64,000 nt of DNA from the human T2T-CHM13v2.0 reference genome, Homo sapiens. The notes under the pieces are model-generated. The model did no database searches. It was not told where the DNA came from and saw only the letters and a program-made list of their open reading frames with translations. Positions 42,852 to 59,800 of the stretch are shown here, piece by piece (positions within the stretch are counted from its first letter, which is position 1; every line of letters begins with the position of its first letter). The stretch spans positions 41,920,001 through 41,984,000 of the forward strand of contig CP068257.2 of NCBI GenBank assembly GCA_009914755.4, in the 5' to 3' direction. Both the position numbers and the translations under genes were made by a program.

Positions 42852-44231
42852 TCAAGCTGAGAGCCAAATCAACAACACAATCCTATTTACAACAGCCACA
42901 CACACACACAAAAACCTAGGAATACATCTAACCAAGGGAGTGAAAGATCTCTTCAAGAAGAACTACAGAACACTGCTGAAAGAAGTATCATAGATGACAC
43001 AACTGGAAAAACATTCATGTTCATGGACTGGAAGAATCAATATCATGAAAATGTCCAAACTGCCCAAAGCAATCTACAGATTCAATGCTATTGCTATTAA
43101 ATTACCAACATCATTTTTCATAGAATTAGAACAAACTCTTCTAAAATTCTTATAGAACCAAAAAAGAGCCCAAATAGCCAAAGCAACGCTAAGAAAAAAG
43201 AACAAAGCTAGAGCCATCACACTGCCCACCTTCAAACTATACTACCAGGCTACACTAACTAAAACAGCATAACACTGGTACAAAAATAAACACATAGACC
43301 AATGGAACAGAATACAGAACCCAGAAATTAAAGCTGCACACATACAGCCAATTGACCTTTGACAACATTGACAAAAATAAGCAATGAGGAAAGGACTCCC
43401 TGTTCAATAAATGGTGCTGGGAAAAATAGCTAACCATATGTAAACGAATGAAACTGGACCACTACCTCTAACCACAGATAAAAATTAACTCAAGATGGAT
43501 TAAGGACTTAAATGTAAGACCTCAAACTATAAAAGTCCTAGAACAAAATCTAGGAAATAGTCTTCTGGATATCGGCCTAGGCAAAGAATTTGACTGAGTC
43601 CTCAAAAGCAATTGCAACAAAACCGAAAATTGACAATTGGGACATAATTAAAATAAAGAGCTTCTCCACAGCAAAAAAAACTATCAACAGAGTAAACAGA
43701 CAACCTACAGAATGGGAGAAAATATTCGCAAACTATGGATCCAACAAAAGTCTAATATCCAGAATCTATAGGGAAGTTAAGTTAAACAAATCAACAAGAA
43801 AAAACACACAACCTCATTAAAAAGCAGGCAAAGGGCAAGAACAGACACTTCTTAAAAGAAAACATATAAGCAGCCAACGAAACATGAAAAAATGCCCAAC
43901 ATCACTAGTCATCAGGGAAACGCAAATCAAAACCACAATGAGGTACTATCTCACACCAGTCAAAATGGCTATTACTAGAAAGTCAAAAAACATCATGTTG
44001 GCAAAACCACTGAAAAAAGGGAACTCGTATACACTGTTGGTGGGAATGTAAATTAATTCAGCACCTATGGAAAGCAGTCTGGAGATTTCTCAAAGAACTA
44101 AAAACAGACCTAGCATTCAACCCAGCAATCCCATTACTTGGTAAATAGCCAAAGGAAAATAAAATTGTTCTACCAAAAAGACACCTGCCCTTATAAGTTT
44201 ATCACAGCACTGCTCACAATAGCAAAGATAA

Positions 44232-44543
44232 GTGGTGGCTCATGCCTGAAATCCCAGCACTTTGGGAGGCTGAGGTGAAAGGATCACTTGAGTTCAGGAG
44301 TTCAAGACTATCCTGGGCAAGAAAGTGAGACCCCTATCGCTACCAAAAAAAAAAAAATTTTTTTTAATTAGCCAGGCATGATGTCACATGCCTGTAATCC
44401 CAAGTACTTGGGAGGCCGAGGCAGAAGGATTGCTTGAGCCCAGGATTTTCAGACTGCAGTGAGATAAGATAGCACCACTGCATGCCAGTGTGAATGGAAC
44501 AGCCAGACCCTGTCTCAAAAACAAAACTAAACAAAACAAAAAT
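44232..44543 (+). mobile_element. Alu (+) nested in L1, TSD about atagcaaaga
   Basis: gtggtggctcatgcctgaaatcccagcactttgggaggctgaggtgaaagg…. atagcaaaga(t/c)a on both sides. Confidence 0.88.
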
Positions 44544-45850
44544 AGCAAAGACATAGAATCAACCCAGGTGTCCATCAACAGTGGATTGGATAAAGAAAAT
44601 GTGGTACATACAAGCCATGGAATACTTCGCAGCCAGAAAGAAAGACCACCACCATGTCCTTTGCAGCAACATGGATGCAGCTGGAGGCTGCCTCCACTTA
44701 TCTTAAGTGAATTAATCCAGAAGTAGAAAACCAAATATTGCATGTTCTCATTTATAAGTGGGAGCTAAACCCTTGGTATACGCGGACATAAAGATGGGAA
44801 CAAGAGACACTGGAGACTCCAAAAGGAGAGAGGGAGGGAGAGGAACAAGGACTGAAAAATCTCCTATTGGGTACTATATCTACTATCTGAGTGACAGATT
44901 CAACAGAAGCCCAAACCTTGGCATCACGCAATATACTCTTGTAACAAACCTGCACATGTACCCCCTGAATCTAAAATTTAAATTTAAATTTTTTTAAAAA
45001 ATGGGCAACTAGGAAAAAAATAACCCCATCTCTGGGTCTAAGGTACTAACTGCTGAAAATGAGTGACCTTCGATCATGAAAGTGGCAGTGAAAGTGTAGT
45101 TCCCCAGAGAGAGGCAAGCTATACACAAGGCAGGGGGAGGCCAGGAAGAAAAGAGGCTGATTTATAGTATGAGAAAGGTCTTGGGGCTCCAGAGGACTCA
45201 AGGGTGGGCGTTAGTGAAGTGGGGGAGGTGAAAAGAGGGGAGAAGAGTGCCTTGGAGATGTGGTGAGACGGAACAAGCCATGAGCATGTTGGAAGGCAGC
45301 CAAAGATCCCAGGGGGAAGGCCCCTCTCAGGCTGGTGCATGCTGAGATCCCGAGTCAGGATAGAGGGTAAACACGCGGCTTTGCTCAGTGGCCAAATGGA
45401 AGACTGCCAAGAAAGTCAGTGAATGGCTCTGAAGGCAATTCTCCCCATCTCCCACTGCAATCAACAAGAGCTCACCAGGACCCAAAGGCACAGAGCTCCA
45501 GGGACTGGAACCGGAGAGGCTAGAAGTGACCCAGCCCTCACACACAGCTTTGCCTTGGAAGTTGAAGGGGGACTTTAGCTGGCCCATAAATATGGACCTT
45601 GTACAGACCACAGAAGCAAAAGAGGCAATGGATTAGTATCCAGAACACACAAAGACCTACAGCAGATCACTAAGAAAAATGCAGCCCAACAGGAAAGTGG
45701 GCACAAGACACAGACAGGTGACTCAAAGGAAAAACTGGAATGGTACAAACATGTGAAGAGCCTCAACCTCACTGGCAATCTAAATCTGAAGGAAGGGAGA
45801 GAAGGACAAAGACAGACAGATGATAGGTGGATGATAAAAATACTCTTTAA

Positions 45851-46202
<352 letters not shown>

Positions 46203-46581
46203 TTAGAGGAATATAATAAATAGCAAAGTGCTGACAAGGACGTGGGAAACACGAACACTGACATGGTGCAGGTAGAAATGTACACTATGGTGACCAATTT
46301 GGCAGTATCTTATCAAATTGAAAATGTCCATGTACTACTTCTCAAATATTTCCTCTGGGAAAACTCCTGGAGAACTCTCAGACAGGTTAGCAAAGAGTTT
46401 ATCAAGGATGCTCACTACGGCATTATATTTGTCAAGTAAAACCCGAAAGTAACTTAAATGCCCATCAGTCAGGGAAGGATAATCCAAATATTACATCTCC
46501 TTTGATGCAAGGTACTTAAAAGGAATGAACTAGATCCACAAGCAATTTGTAAAATTATACCCCCAAACAAAACCATCTATG

Positions 46582-46816
<235 letters not shown>

Positions 46817-47914
46817 TTACACTGTATTATATGTATTATGTATGTATAGATATTTGTTAGCACAAAATATTAAAATGGACTAGAAAGCTTGGTTCTGGAT
46901 AAGATGGCCTGAACACACCCTCCAGTCTCGCTTCCACTGAATGCAGCTATAAATTCCAAAGAGAATACATGAAGCAGCTATTTGAGGACTCTGAAAAGTA
47001 AACAGTAGCAGGCAGATAGGGGAAGAAGATCAAAATTTTAAGAACCACTAAACCAGCAGAGAGTTTACCACTTTTTCCTTTAGTGTCCCTGGCCTGGACT
47101 CGAGGGAGCTCCAAAACCCAAAAGTAGCCCTGAGCCACACAGAGAGCACCAGGAGAAGGTCTCTAGTGAGGCTCAAGGAGTGGGAAAGGGGTCTCCTGCC
47201 AGCAACCAAGCACGGTAGCAGTGGGGACATCCCCCAGGTAACTCAAACTCTGGGGGAAAGGAATTTTTTCCTTACACCTGAAAGCTCTAAGAGCTTCTCA
47301 ACTCCTGCCGCAGGGCGGGATGAGGGCAGAGTTGCAGGCACTTGGACACAGCAGGGTATATGAAGCCCCAGCATTCCAGGTGGGGGACTGAAAAAGGCAG
47401 TCCCAGGTAACTAAAGTGTACCCAGAGAGTTAACAGCTCAGAAAAGTGACCCCAAAAAGTTGTTTATAAATTCCTGGCCTCATCCCAAGTTGTGCCTGTG
47501 TGGATCTGATCATAAACAGTATCTGAAAGACTCTGAACCTAAGATCCAGACCACCCAGGTCTCAGACTGGCCACTGGGCGGCACTCACGAGGGGCAGTTC
47601 CAATAGCACTGTAAAGACTCTGAAAACAGGACGACACACTGAAACCAAACAGAGAAAAGGCTGGCTGGAATCTGACCCAAAGGGGTTGACTGCCTGTGAA
47701 AATATAAACACCAGCATTTCCCAAGGATTTAAACAAGACCAGTGATCACGTAAATGTCCAGGATAAATCCAAAATTACTTGGCATATGAAGAAACAGGAA
47801 AATCTCAACTCTCATGGGAAAAAACAATCAAGAGACACCGAGGCCAGGATGACACAGGTGTTGGAAGCACCTGGCACAGACTTTACAGAAGCTCTTACTT
47901 TTTAAAAGTGCTAG

Positions 47915-48350
<436 letters not shown>

Positions 48351-49625
48351 AAAAATAATTAAAAAATAAAGATGCTCTAAGAAGTCAAAGGCAACACTCA
48401 GAACGAACAGTGTGAGTGGCAGAATCCTACACTGCCCCTCTCCCCAAGATTTCCTGCCCTAATCTCTGGGACTATAAATTATCACACGCTGATTATGTCA
48501 TTGCCTGGAAAAGAGGATTCTGTAGATGTAATTAAGGTTACTAACCAGCTGACTCAAGAGTTAATCAAAAGGAGTTTATCCAGGTATGCCTCATCTAAAC
48601 ACACAAATCTATAAGAAGCAGAGTTTTTGCCTTCTTGAAGTAAACTTTTTAACAAAAGAATAAAAGCAGAGAGAGTTTCATCTTGCTGGTAGCAGAAGAG
48701 GAAGTCTCAGAGACTGGAAACGTGGGAAGGATTCAATGAGCGACTGTGGCTTGAAGATGGGGTCCCTGTGAGAAGCAATGCAAGCTGCCTCAGCAGCTGA
48801 CCCACAGCTGACCAGCCAGCTGGGAAACAGGGAACTCGCTCCTAGAAACCAAGACACTGGACTCTACCAGCCACTTCAAAGTGCCCAGAAGCAGATTCCT
48901 CCCCTAGATTCTCTGAAAAGATCCCACCCTGGAAAACACCTCACTTTTGACCTATGCAGAGAACCTCTCAAACCCACTCAGACTTCTGACTTGCCAAACT
49001 ATGAAATAATAAATGGTGTTGTTTTAGCCACCAAGTTGGTGATAATTTGTTACATAAAAATAGAAAACAAATACAGATTTTAGTAGCTGGAAGACAGATA
49101 CCTATTTAAATTCATTTTGACATACCCATGAAGTACCATGTGATAATACTGGGACTCACTGATTGCTCTAAGGTGAGAACATTCCTTCCTTAAATTTATT
49201 TTCTAAAATGCTATTTAAGAGACAGTGCACGCCCTTAACTTCTCCAGGAATTTATTTCTTCTAGTTTTTAAAACTACCACCAAAATTAACTGTGTTTACT
49301 TGAAGAGAGGCCCAATCAGCACAGTCTAATTAATATGTAAATAGAATTAACTTTTTAACATTATCCACCATACACTTTGAGTTTGGTACACTGTCCTGGC
49401 TTCAAGTCTCCCAGAAGCTGCAATATGGTGTCCAAGAGCACCCGGCTTGAATTAACCAAGAATTCACGACCACATGCTATAGCAGCAACATCTGCAACAG
49501 AAAATGAAACAAAACATCAAGATCATTATGACTCAGAACCTAGACAATTTTGTGCAGAACAGAGTATTTTCTCCTAAAAGACCTAATGAAAACACAGCTG
49601 AAAATGAGGCATTTATAAATGAAAT

Positions 49626-49924
<299 letters not shown>

Positions 49925-51432
49925 TTATCAACAAAAATGACAGCTCAGAAAGAATCACTGACAACCACAAGAGTTACTGAAATATCAAGTAATGTGCAGT
50001 GTGATTAGCAAGCGCCGAAAGAGTGAAACAGAGCCCTGGAATCTAACCAAGTCTGCGGTCACTATGCTCCAGAGTGCTGCATTAAACAGCTGTGGGCAGT
50101 CAGGGTCCAAACATAAGGTGGGGGCTGATTATCTTATCTGGGACTGAGGATGTGAAAATTCACTTTTAATGGCATCCGTAATCTGAAAACCCAAAATCCA
50201 AAATGCTCCAAAATCTAAAAATTTTTGAGCACTGACAAAGATGCACAAAGGTCATGCTCACAGAGCATTGCAGATTTCAGATTTTTGAATTAGAGTGTTG
50301 AACCAGTAGGTATAATGCAAGTATTCCAAAATCCAAAACACTTCTGGTCCCGGGCATTTCAGATAAGGAATATTCAATCTATATTTGCTAATAACTTTTA
50401 GCCATGATACAAACTGAAATTATATGTAGTCAAAAAAGAGTATGAAAATGGATTTTGAAGAAAACTTATTTTCTCAATTTTATGTCCCATTGTGGAACAG
50501 CAAGTATCCCATTTCTTCATGCCTGAGGCCCTGCGAATCGGCCTGAAGACCAGACCGAGTAATTACACTGCTCCCAATGGGCAGTGCTGCAGCCATTACT
50601 GGCTCCATCAACATTTCCAAATACCTCGAAGTATCCAATGATCCAAGTGCATTTATGTATGTGTTTGTTAAGAGTTTTCTTTAGTTGGGTCTGACAGTAA
50701 AGCATGATTCAAACTGACTAAGATTTCTAAGCCAAATGACGAGACCAAGGTGGAAAAGAGATGGGGCAGCAGCACTGCCTTGCTCCTGATTTTAATGGAA
50801 ACGCTTCTAAAAATTCACAGTTAAGTGTGATGTCTGATCTGTTTCTGGTAGATACCCTTTATCAGTTTAAAGAAGTCTTCTTCTATTTTTGGCTTGCTAA
50901 GAATTATCAAAAATGGAAGCTGAATTTTATCACTTATTTCTTCTGCCTTTGACTGGATGTAATCTGATGGCAGAATATAAAATTTCATGTTACCCGGCCA
51001 GCTTCATGAACTCAGATCTTTGACATTACTATTTACTTTTGTTCACCTGGTCTCAGATGGACCACAAGAGGGATAGTAAAGTCTACTAAACCTAACAGAT
51101 GTTTCCCCCTTTCTACTTGTCTTTGCAGCATTTTAACTATATCATTGGTGCAGTGTCTTCAAGTACACGCTTTGATGACAGCCATAACTTTATTGACAGA
51201 ACCTTTCAATGACATAAACTTACCTTCTTTGGTCAATGAATTTTAACCTGATAGGTACATTTTCCAGAATATGACACATTCTAGTTTTACTAAGGAAATA
51301 TTTTAGGAGAAAAACAAAGCAAGTAAGCATTTGGCATCAGAAACACATAAAAGATAGCTTTTAGGTAGCTTTTCAGGGGAAAGCATTATTCATGTAAATA
51401 ACTTCAGATAATATACTGAAACCCAGCAGAAA

Positions 51433-51627
51433 CCCAGATGTTGGAGAGCAGCAACAGCAAACTGTCCCTGCCAAACCTGACCAAACTGTAGACCCATGAT
51501 CAAGATAAATGTTAAGACTTTATATTTTGAGGAGGTTTGTTACACAGCAATAGAAAATAGAAACATTACTAATACATCGCTGAAGAAAAAAAAAATATAT
51601 ATATATATATATATCATAGCAAGCAAC
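51433..51627. repeat. Local segmental duplicate, copy 1 (about 195 bp, about 93% identical to 52622-52813), ends in (AT)n
   Basis: cccagatgttggagagcag[ca]a[ac]cagcaaactgtccctgccaa[ag]cctgaccaaactgtagaccca[tc]ga[tg]caagataaatgttaagactttatattttgaggaggtttgttacacagcaatagaaaatagaaacattactaatacatcgctgaagaaaaaaaa…atagcaagcaaca is shared by both copies. Confidence 0.85.
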
Positions 51628-51905
51628 ATAGAACTATTTGGTAGCCTGACTCCAGAGATGGCTACCAGGTGGGCCTGGCCTCATGTTCAGACCCTTGAGT
51701 AGTCACCTACACTGCGACTCACTTGTAACAAGTAGAACGCAGCAGAATGCACACCATGAGCCTTCCAAGGATGGACAGGAAGAAGCCTTAAGATTTCCAC
51801 TTTGGTCTCCTGCCACTTGCTCTAGGATCCCTGAGTCACTATGAAAGAGTCCAGCTACCCTAAGGCTGCCATGATGAAGAGACCACACAGAAATAGCACA
51901 GTGAA

Positions 51906-52536
<631 letters not shown>

Positions 52537-52621
52537 CTATGAGGAAAGAAGAGAGAGAAAGACACCCCACTAGCCCCCAGCTGTTCCATCCCTCAACGAT
52601 TTGAGTCATCCCAGCTAAGGC

Positions 52622-52813
52622 CCCAGATGTTGGAGAGCAGAAGCAGCAAACTGTCCCTGCCAAGCCTGACCAAACTGTAGACCCACGAGCAAGATAAATG
52701 TTAAGACTTTATATTTTGAGGAGGTTTGTTACACAGCAATAGAAAATAGAAACATTACTAATACATCGCTGAAGAAAAAAAATATATATATATGTATCTC
52801 ATAGCAAGCAACA
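52622..52813. repeat. Local segmental duplicate, copy 2
   Basis: See copy 1. Confidence 0.85.
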
Positions 52814-53216
52814 ATGCCCAACACAACAAATGTACTGGTAAATGAAGTCTGTATCATATATCTAGTATTTTAACTGCAAATGCCAATGCTGCATTTCATT
52901 AAATATCACTAAAACATGAACTACAAAGTAAAATAAATGTGAATAAATTCCTACACAGCTTCAGTATTTGTCAATCTGTTGGAATTTCTTTGTTTTACAT
53001 GGTAATTTGTACTTTGCTTACTGATATTTAATCTATCTAGAATGCCTGTGAGTCAATTCAAGGCCTACAGAATTGACTTTGTTACCATCTACCAAAACTA
53101 AAAAACTGCCAGTTAATTTTTCTGTTAAAATGATTTTTCTAGGTTCATTTTTCATTAAAAGTGCTTATAGGTAATTCTAGAGATTAGTATAGTAATTACA
53201 TAATTCAAGAAATGGG

Positions 53217-53510
53217 GCCAGGTACGGTGGCTCCCACCTGTAATCCCAGTACTTTCAGAGGCCAAGGCGGGTGGATCACCTGAGGTCAAGAGTTTGAGAC
53301 CAGCCTGGCCAACATGGAGAAACCCCATCTCTACTAAAAATACAAAAATTAGCCAGGTGTGGTGGCATGCACCTGTAATCCCATCTACTCAAGAGGCTGA
53401 GGCAGAAGAATCACTTGAACCCGGGAGGCAGAGGCTGCAGTGAGCTGAGATGGTGCCACTGCACTCCAGCCTGGGCAACAGAGCAAAACTCAGTCTCAAA
53501 CAAAAAAGGA
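53217..53510 (+). mobile_element. Alu (+)
   Basis: ggccaggtacggtggctcccacctgtaatcccagtactttcagaggccaaggcggg…. Confidence 0.9.
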
Positions 53511-53520
53511 AATAAATCTG

Positions 53521-53814
53521 GGCCAAGCATAGTGGCTCACACCTATAATCCCAATACTTTTGGAGGCCAAGGTAGGAGGATCACTTGAGTCTAGAAGTTT
53601 GAGATGAGTCTTAGGCAACATAATGAGACCCCATCTCTACAAAAATAAAAATAAAAATTAGCTAGGTGTGGTGGCTCATGCCTATAGTCCCAGCTACCCA
53701 GGCTGAGGTGGGAGGATTGCTTGAACCCGGGAGTTTGAGGCTACAGCGAATTATGATCAGGCCACTGTACTCCAGCCTGGGCAATTAAAGTGAGACCCCA
53801 TTTAAAAAAAAAAA
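53521..53814 (+). mobile_element. Alu (+, older)
   Basis: ggccaagcatagtggctcacacctataatcccaatacttttggaggccaaggtagg…. Confidence 0.88.
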
Positions 53815-53919
53815 GAATCTGGTGTCAATTATTTGTGCTGAAAAGGATATACAGAGTTGAGACGTACTATGTCTGATACTTTTGCTTTAGACTGTAATAG
53901 TTTCATCTTATTTTGAGCA

Positions 53920-54198
53920 AAAAAAGTAATAATAGGGTATTGGCAGAATGATAGACATATAAATCAATGGTAGAATTGAGAGTACAGAAATAAATCCTCA
54001 CATTTATGGTCAACTGAATTCCAACAAAGGTGCCAAGACAAATCAATGGAGAAATGATAAAAGAATAATCTTTTGAACAAATGGTGCTAAAACAACTGGA
54101 TATCCACATGCAAAGGAAGGAAGTTGAATACCTACCACACACCATATACAAATATTAACTCAAAATGGATCAAAGATCTGAATATAAGAATTAAAGCT
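53920..54198 (+). mobile_element. L1 ORF2 fragment (+), truncated by Alu at 54199
   Basis: …catataca aatattaactcaaaatggatcaaagatctgaatataagaattaaagct encodes …[12 protein letters not shown]…, an L1 ORF2 C-terminal motif. Confidence 0.7.
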
Positions 54199-54515
54199 GG
54201 CCGGGCGCAGTGGCTCACGCCTGTAATCCCAGTACTTTGGGAGGCTGAGGCGGGCAGATCACGAGGTCAGGAGATCAAGACCATCCTGGCTAGTATGGTG
54301 AAACCCCGTCTCTACTAAAAATACAAAAAAAAAAAAAAAATTAGCCAGGCGCGGTGGCAGGTGCCTTAGTCCCAGCTACTCAGGATGCTGAGGCAAAAGA
54401 ATGGCGTGAACCCGGGAGGCAGAGCTTGCAGTGAGTGGAGATCGCACTGCTGCACTCCAGCCTGAGCGACAGAGCAAGACTCCGTCTCAAAAAAAGAAAA
54501 AAAAAAAAGAAAAAA
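54199..54515 (+). mobile_element. Alu (young, +) with TSD aattaaagct
   Basis: ggccgggcgcagtggctcacgcctgtaatcccagtactttgggaggctgaggcgggcagatcacgaggtcaggagatcaagaccatcctggc…. aattaaagct on both sides. Confidence 0.92.
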
Positions 54516-54529
54516 TTAAAGCTATAAAA

Positions 54530-54665
54530 TTCTTTATTTATTTTTTTGAATCTTACGCTGTCACCTGGGCTGGAGTGCAGTGGCACAATCGCAGCTCACT
54601 GCACCCTCAACCTCCTGAGTAGCTGGGACTACAGGCCTGCACCGCCACACCCAGCTAATTTCATA
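54530..54665 (-). mobile_element. Truncated Alu fragment (−)
   Basis: tcttacgctgtcacctgggctggagtgcagtggcacaatcgcagctcactgcaccctcaacctcctgagtagctgggactacaggcctgcaccgccacacccagctaattt. Confidence 0.8.
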
Positions 54666-55959
54666 CTTAACAGACTAAAGTACACTGTAAACACAACTTT
54701 TATATATGCTGGGAAACCAAAAAATTCATGTGACTCACTTTATTGTGCTATTTGCTTTACTGCAGTAATCTGGAACCAAACCTACGGTATCTCTGAGGTA
54801 TGGCTGTATTTCAAAATCATATCTCTGATAAGGTACTAGTATATTACAAATACCTCTTACAACTCAGTAACAGAAAGGAAAATAACCCAATTAAAATATG
54901 GGCAACAAGGAGTTTCTAGTTCCAAATGGTGGCATAGAAGCAAGTTGGCTTCACTGCCTCCCAAAAGAAAACCAAAAACGAACATACAGCAGCTCCAAGA
55001 TTATCAGCAGCAATATCCCAGAACTCTAAATATGAGGCTCAGACAGCTCTCACGGCAACAGACAAGTGAAAAAACTCTGAACAGACAGTAAGACAACTGG
55101 ACTTTCATACCTGTGACACCCGTCTCCATAATGTGCCCAGCACCAAGCGTGAGGAAAATTTCCACAACTCAGTTGCTACACTGGAAAAAGCAGATGGAGG
55201 TGAACAACTACTGTCCCACCATCTTAGGTTCCCTGGCAGAAGACCTGTCCCTGCTTCAACCCATGGGAACCACTGTAAGTACCTGAAGGGAAACTATCCC
55301 TGAGGATAGCCAGAGGCAAAGTGGGGAAGCAGAACTACTATTCCCAGCCCTGGAAACGCTGCTCTGTAACTTGGCCAGAGAAGACACCAAATCAGAGCGG
55401 CTGTTCAGCAGATGCACACAGTAGAAGGTATGTCCCACAGGTCCCCTGGGCACAGACGCCTTGCCAGTATTCCCACACTGCCGGGTTATCCTCTTTGTGA
55501 CCTCCCCCATTCGGGATGGGCAATACTCTGATGGTTCCCTAGAGCCAAGGTAAACCTGGGCTTAAGGCACCATCTAGTGCCTATAAAGAGGCAGCAACCT
55601 AGCAGAAAAAAAGGAAGAAATTCAACAAGTAAATTACAAAGAATCTCTAAGTAAACATATCCAATAAAAAACAAAATAACCCAGACAGACAAGACTGGAA
55701 TAAATACTCTTTCAATGCAAAGACATAGACATATATCCATAAGAAACAACAGGAAACAGGGAACCACGGCCTCCCCAAACAGACAAAGCAAGGAACCAGT
55801 GACTGTCTCTAACAAGATGGCAATATATGAGCTCTCTGACCAAGAATTCAAAATAGTAGTTTTAAGGAAATTCAGTCATCTCCAAGATAACATAGAAAAG
55901 TAATTCGGAAATTTGTCAGAGAAATTTAATAAAGAGATTGAAACTTAAAACAATCAAAC

Positions 55960-56361
<402 letters not shown>

Positions 56362-56787
56362 TCAACAGCGGAATGGATCAAGCAGAGAATCACTGAGCTC
56401 AGAGACAAGCTATCAAAAACACAGAGAGGAGAAAAAGAAAAAACCAAAGGAATGAAGATCACCTACAAGATACAGAAAATTACCTCAAAAGACCCAATCT
56501 AAGAATTATGGTGTTCAACAAGGTGATGAGCAACAATAAGGGGTAGAAAGCTTATTCAAAGAAATAACAGAAAACTTCCAAAACTTAAGATATAAATATC
56601 CAGCTACAGGAAAACCACAGAACACCAGAGTCAACTTAAATGAGTGTACCCCAAGGTATATACTAATCAAACTCTCAACATTCAGAAATAAAGAGAGAAA
56701 CTTAAAAACAGCAAAAGAAAAGAAACAAGTAACAAAGGAACTCCAATTCATCTGGTGACAGACTTCTCAACAGAAACTATACAAGCC

Positions 56788-57095
56788 AGGCTGGGCACAG
56801 TAGCTCATGCCTGTAATCCCAGCACTTAGGGAGGCCAAGGCAGGCAGATCACTTGAGGTTAGGAGTTTGAGACCAGTCTGGCCAACATGGTGAAACCCTG
56901 TCTCCACTAAGAAAACAGAAATTAGCCAGGCGTGGTGGCACATGCCTGTGGTCTCAGCTACTCAGGAGGCTAAGGCAAGAGAATCACTTGAACCTGGGAG
57001 TGGAAGGCTGCAGTGAGCCGAGACTGTGCCACTGCACTCCAGCCTGGGCAAGAGAGCAAGATTCTGTCTCAGAAAAAAAAAAAAGAAGAAGAAGA
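56788..57095 (+). mobile_element. Alu (+) nested in L1
   Basis: ggctgggcacagtagctcatgcctgtaatcccagcacttagggaggccaaggcagg…. Confidence 0.9.
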
Positions 57096-58514
57096 AACCA
57101 TATAGGCCAGGAAGGAGTGGGATGATATTTTCAAGGTTCTGAAAGAAAGAAAACACTATATAAGAATATCGTATCCAGCAAAGCCATCCTTCAAATATGA
57201 AGGACTAATAAAGTCTTTCCCAAACAAACACTGAGAGAATTTAACACCAACCAGACCTATCTTAGAAGAAATGCTAAAGGAAGTTCCTCAAACTGAAAGA
57301 AAAACACACTAACATGCAGAAAGAAAAAAATTGAGGGTATAAAACCCACTGGAAAAAGAAATACTTAAATAATATATAAAATAAATATAAAACACACTGG
57401 TACACAGACAACCCCAGAATACTCTAATACTGTACTCATGATGTGCAATCCATGCAAAACTCTAGTGTGAAGCCTAGAAACAGAAACAATCAGAGCTACA
57501 GCGACCTATTAAAAGACAGGTAATATAAACACGTAAATTGAGATAACAAAAAGTCAAAATATGGGGGATGGAGTTAAAGTATAGGGGTATTTTTAGTTTT
57601 TTCTTTGTTTCTATTATTTTTTGTGATCAAAGATAAGTCATCTCTTTAAAATAACCTGTTATATCTAAAGATTTTTTTGTAAGCCTCATGGTAACCACAA
57701 AGCAAAAATCTGTAATAGATGCACTAAAAATAAAAAGCAATGAACTAAAACACACCAGAGAAAATCACTTAACCATAAAGGATGACAGTAAGAAAGCAAG
57801 AAAAAAGAAGAGGAGTTACAAAACAACCAGGAAACAAGCAACAAATTAGCAGTAATAAGTCCTTACTTATCGATAGTAACATTGAATATAAACAGATTCA
57901 ATTTTCTAATTAAAAGAAATATGGAGTGGCTGAATGGAAAGAAACAAGACTTAACTACATGCTGCCTACAAGAAACCCACTTCACCCATAAAGGCACATA
58001 CAGACTGAAAGTGAAGGGTGGAAAAAGATATCTATGCAACTGGAAACCAAAAAAAACAGGAGTAGCTACATCTATATCAGACAAAATAGACTACAAGTCA
58101 AAGACTGTGAAAAGAGACCAAGTCACTATATAATGAAAAATGGACCAACTCAGCTAGAGGATATAACAATTGTAAATATCTATGCACCCAACACAGCATT
58201 ATCCAAGTATATAAATCAATCATTAATAAATCTAAAGGGAGAAATTGACTGCAGTACAATAACAGTAGAGACTTCAACATTCCACTCTCAGTAATGGCCG
58301 GATGGTCCAGACCAAAAAAAAATCAACAAAGAAACATCAGAGGTAAACTACACACTAGACCAAATAGACCTGAATCTTTACAGAACATTTCACCCAACTG
58401 TTACAGAATATACATTCTTTTCATCAGCATATGGAACATTCTCCATTACAGACAACATCTTATACCACAAAACAAGTCTCAACAAATTCAAAAAGTAGAA
58501 TCATATCAAACAGC

Positions 58515-58648
58515 TTTTTTTTTTTTTTCGTAGAGATAGGATCTTGCCATGTGCCCAGGCTCGTCTGAAACTCCTGACCTCAAGCAGTCCTCCCACCTGA
58601 GTCTCTCATAGTGCTAGGATTACAGGCATGGGCCACTATGCCCAGCTC
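58515..58648 (-). mobile_element. Truncated Alu fragment (−) nested in L1
   Basis: ttttttttttttttcgtagagatagggatcttgccatgtgcccaggctcgtctgaaactcctgacctcaagcagtcctcccacctgagtctc…gctaggattacaggcatgggccactatgcccagctc. Confidence 0.8.
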
Positions 58649-59509
58649 AGGTATCTTTTCTGACCACAATACAATAAAACTAGAAATTAATAGCAAGAGG
58701 ACCCTCAGAAACTATATAAACACATGGAAATTAAACAACATACACCTGAACAACCAAATGCGTCAATGAAAAAATTGGGAAGAAATTTAAAATTTTCTTG
58801 AAACAAATGAAAATGGAAAAACAACATACCAAAATCTCTAGGACATGGCAAAAGCGATACTAAGAGGGAAGTTTATAGCAATAAATGCCTGTATCAAAAA
58901 AGTAGAATGACTCCAAATAAACAATCTAATGATGCACCAAGGAAATAGAAAAGAACAAACTAAACTCAAAAATACTAGAAGGAAAGAAATAATAAAGATC
59001 AGACCATAAATACATGAAATTAAAACTAAAAAATGCAGAAAATTAATGAAACCTCGAGAGCCTCAAGGTTATCTCCGTAGTCCAACAAGTGTCCATGCCC
59101 AGAAGAGATCTTGTAGACGACACTCCCATACCAAAGCCTGACTTTATGCTGTTTGTTAAGAGGGTCTCATCTTAAAAGTACAGAGTCAATACAAGGCTGG
59201 TGATGAAGTCACCTGGGTCAAGGTTCCAGAGTGGTCTTCCTTCTTATAGTGCCTCAAATTATATTTGTTTGCTACCTGTTGCATTAAAAGTTTCTGTTCA
59301 GCTATTGTCCTGACAGATGATTCAACAGGTGATTCCGCAAAAAAAAGACGAAAAAATAATGTTGATCAGTGCTCAAGTTGTAAATCAACTCTCTCCAAAC
59401 TAACCTCACCTTTCAGGAGGTTCAACCACAATGGGGGAAACAGGACAATGCTAATGATCTCTCCTAGAGATCAAGGTACATGAGAAACAAATGGGTGCTC
59501 AAAGAACCA

Positions 59510-59800
59510 AAAACAGCAACAAGGACTCCTGCACACCTAGAAAAAGATGGGCTGTTCTGAAGACATGGGGAAAGGGAGCCACCAGCACATAAAATGGTAC
59601 AGTCACTGTGGAAACCTGTCTGGCAGTTCCTCAAAAAGCTAAACAGAGTTACTACACCCTGCTATTCCACCCCGAGGTAGATACCCAGAAAAACTGAAAC
59701 ATACATCCACACATAAACTTCTGCACAAATGCTCGTATCAGCATTATCCATAACAGTCAAAAGGTGGAAACAACCCAAATGCCTGTTTATTGACCCTTCA
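59510..59800 (+). mobile_element. L1 3'-region fragment (+)
   Basis: …ggaaacctgtctggcagttcctcaaaaagctaaacagagttactacaccctgctattccaccccgaggtagatacccagaaaaactgaaacatacatccacacataaacttctgcacaaatgctcgtatcagcattatccataacagtcaaaaggtggaaacaacccaaatgcc… parallels the L1M 3' region. Confidence 0.7.
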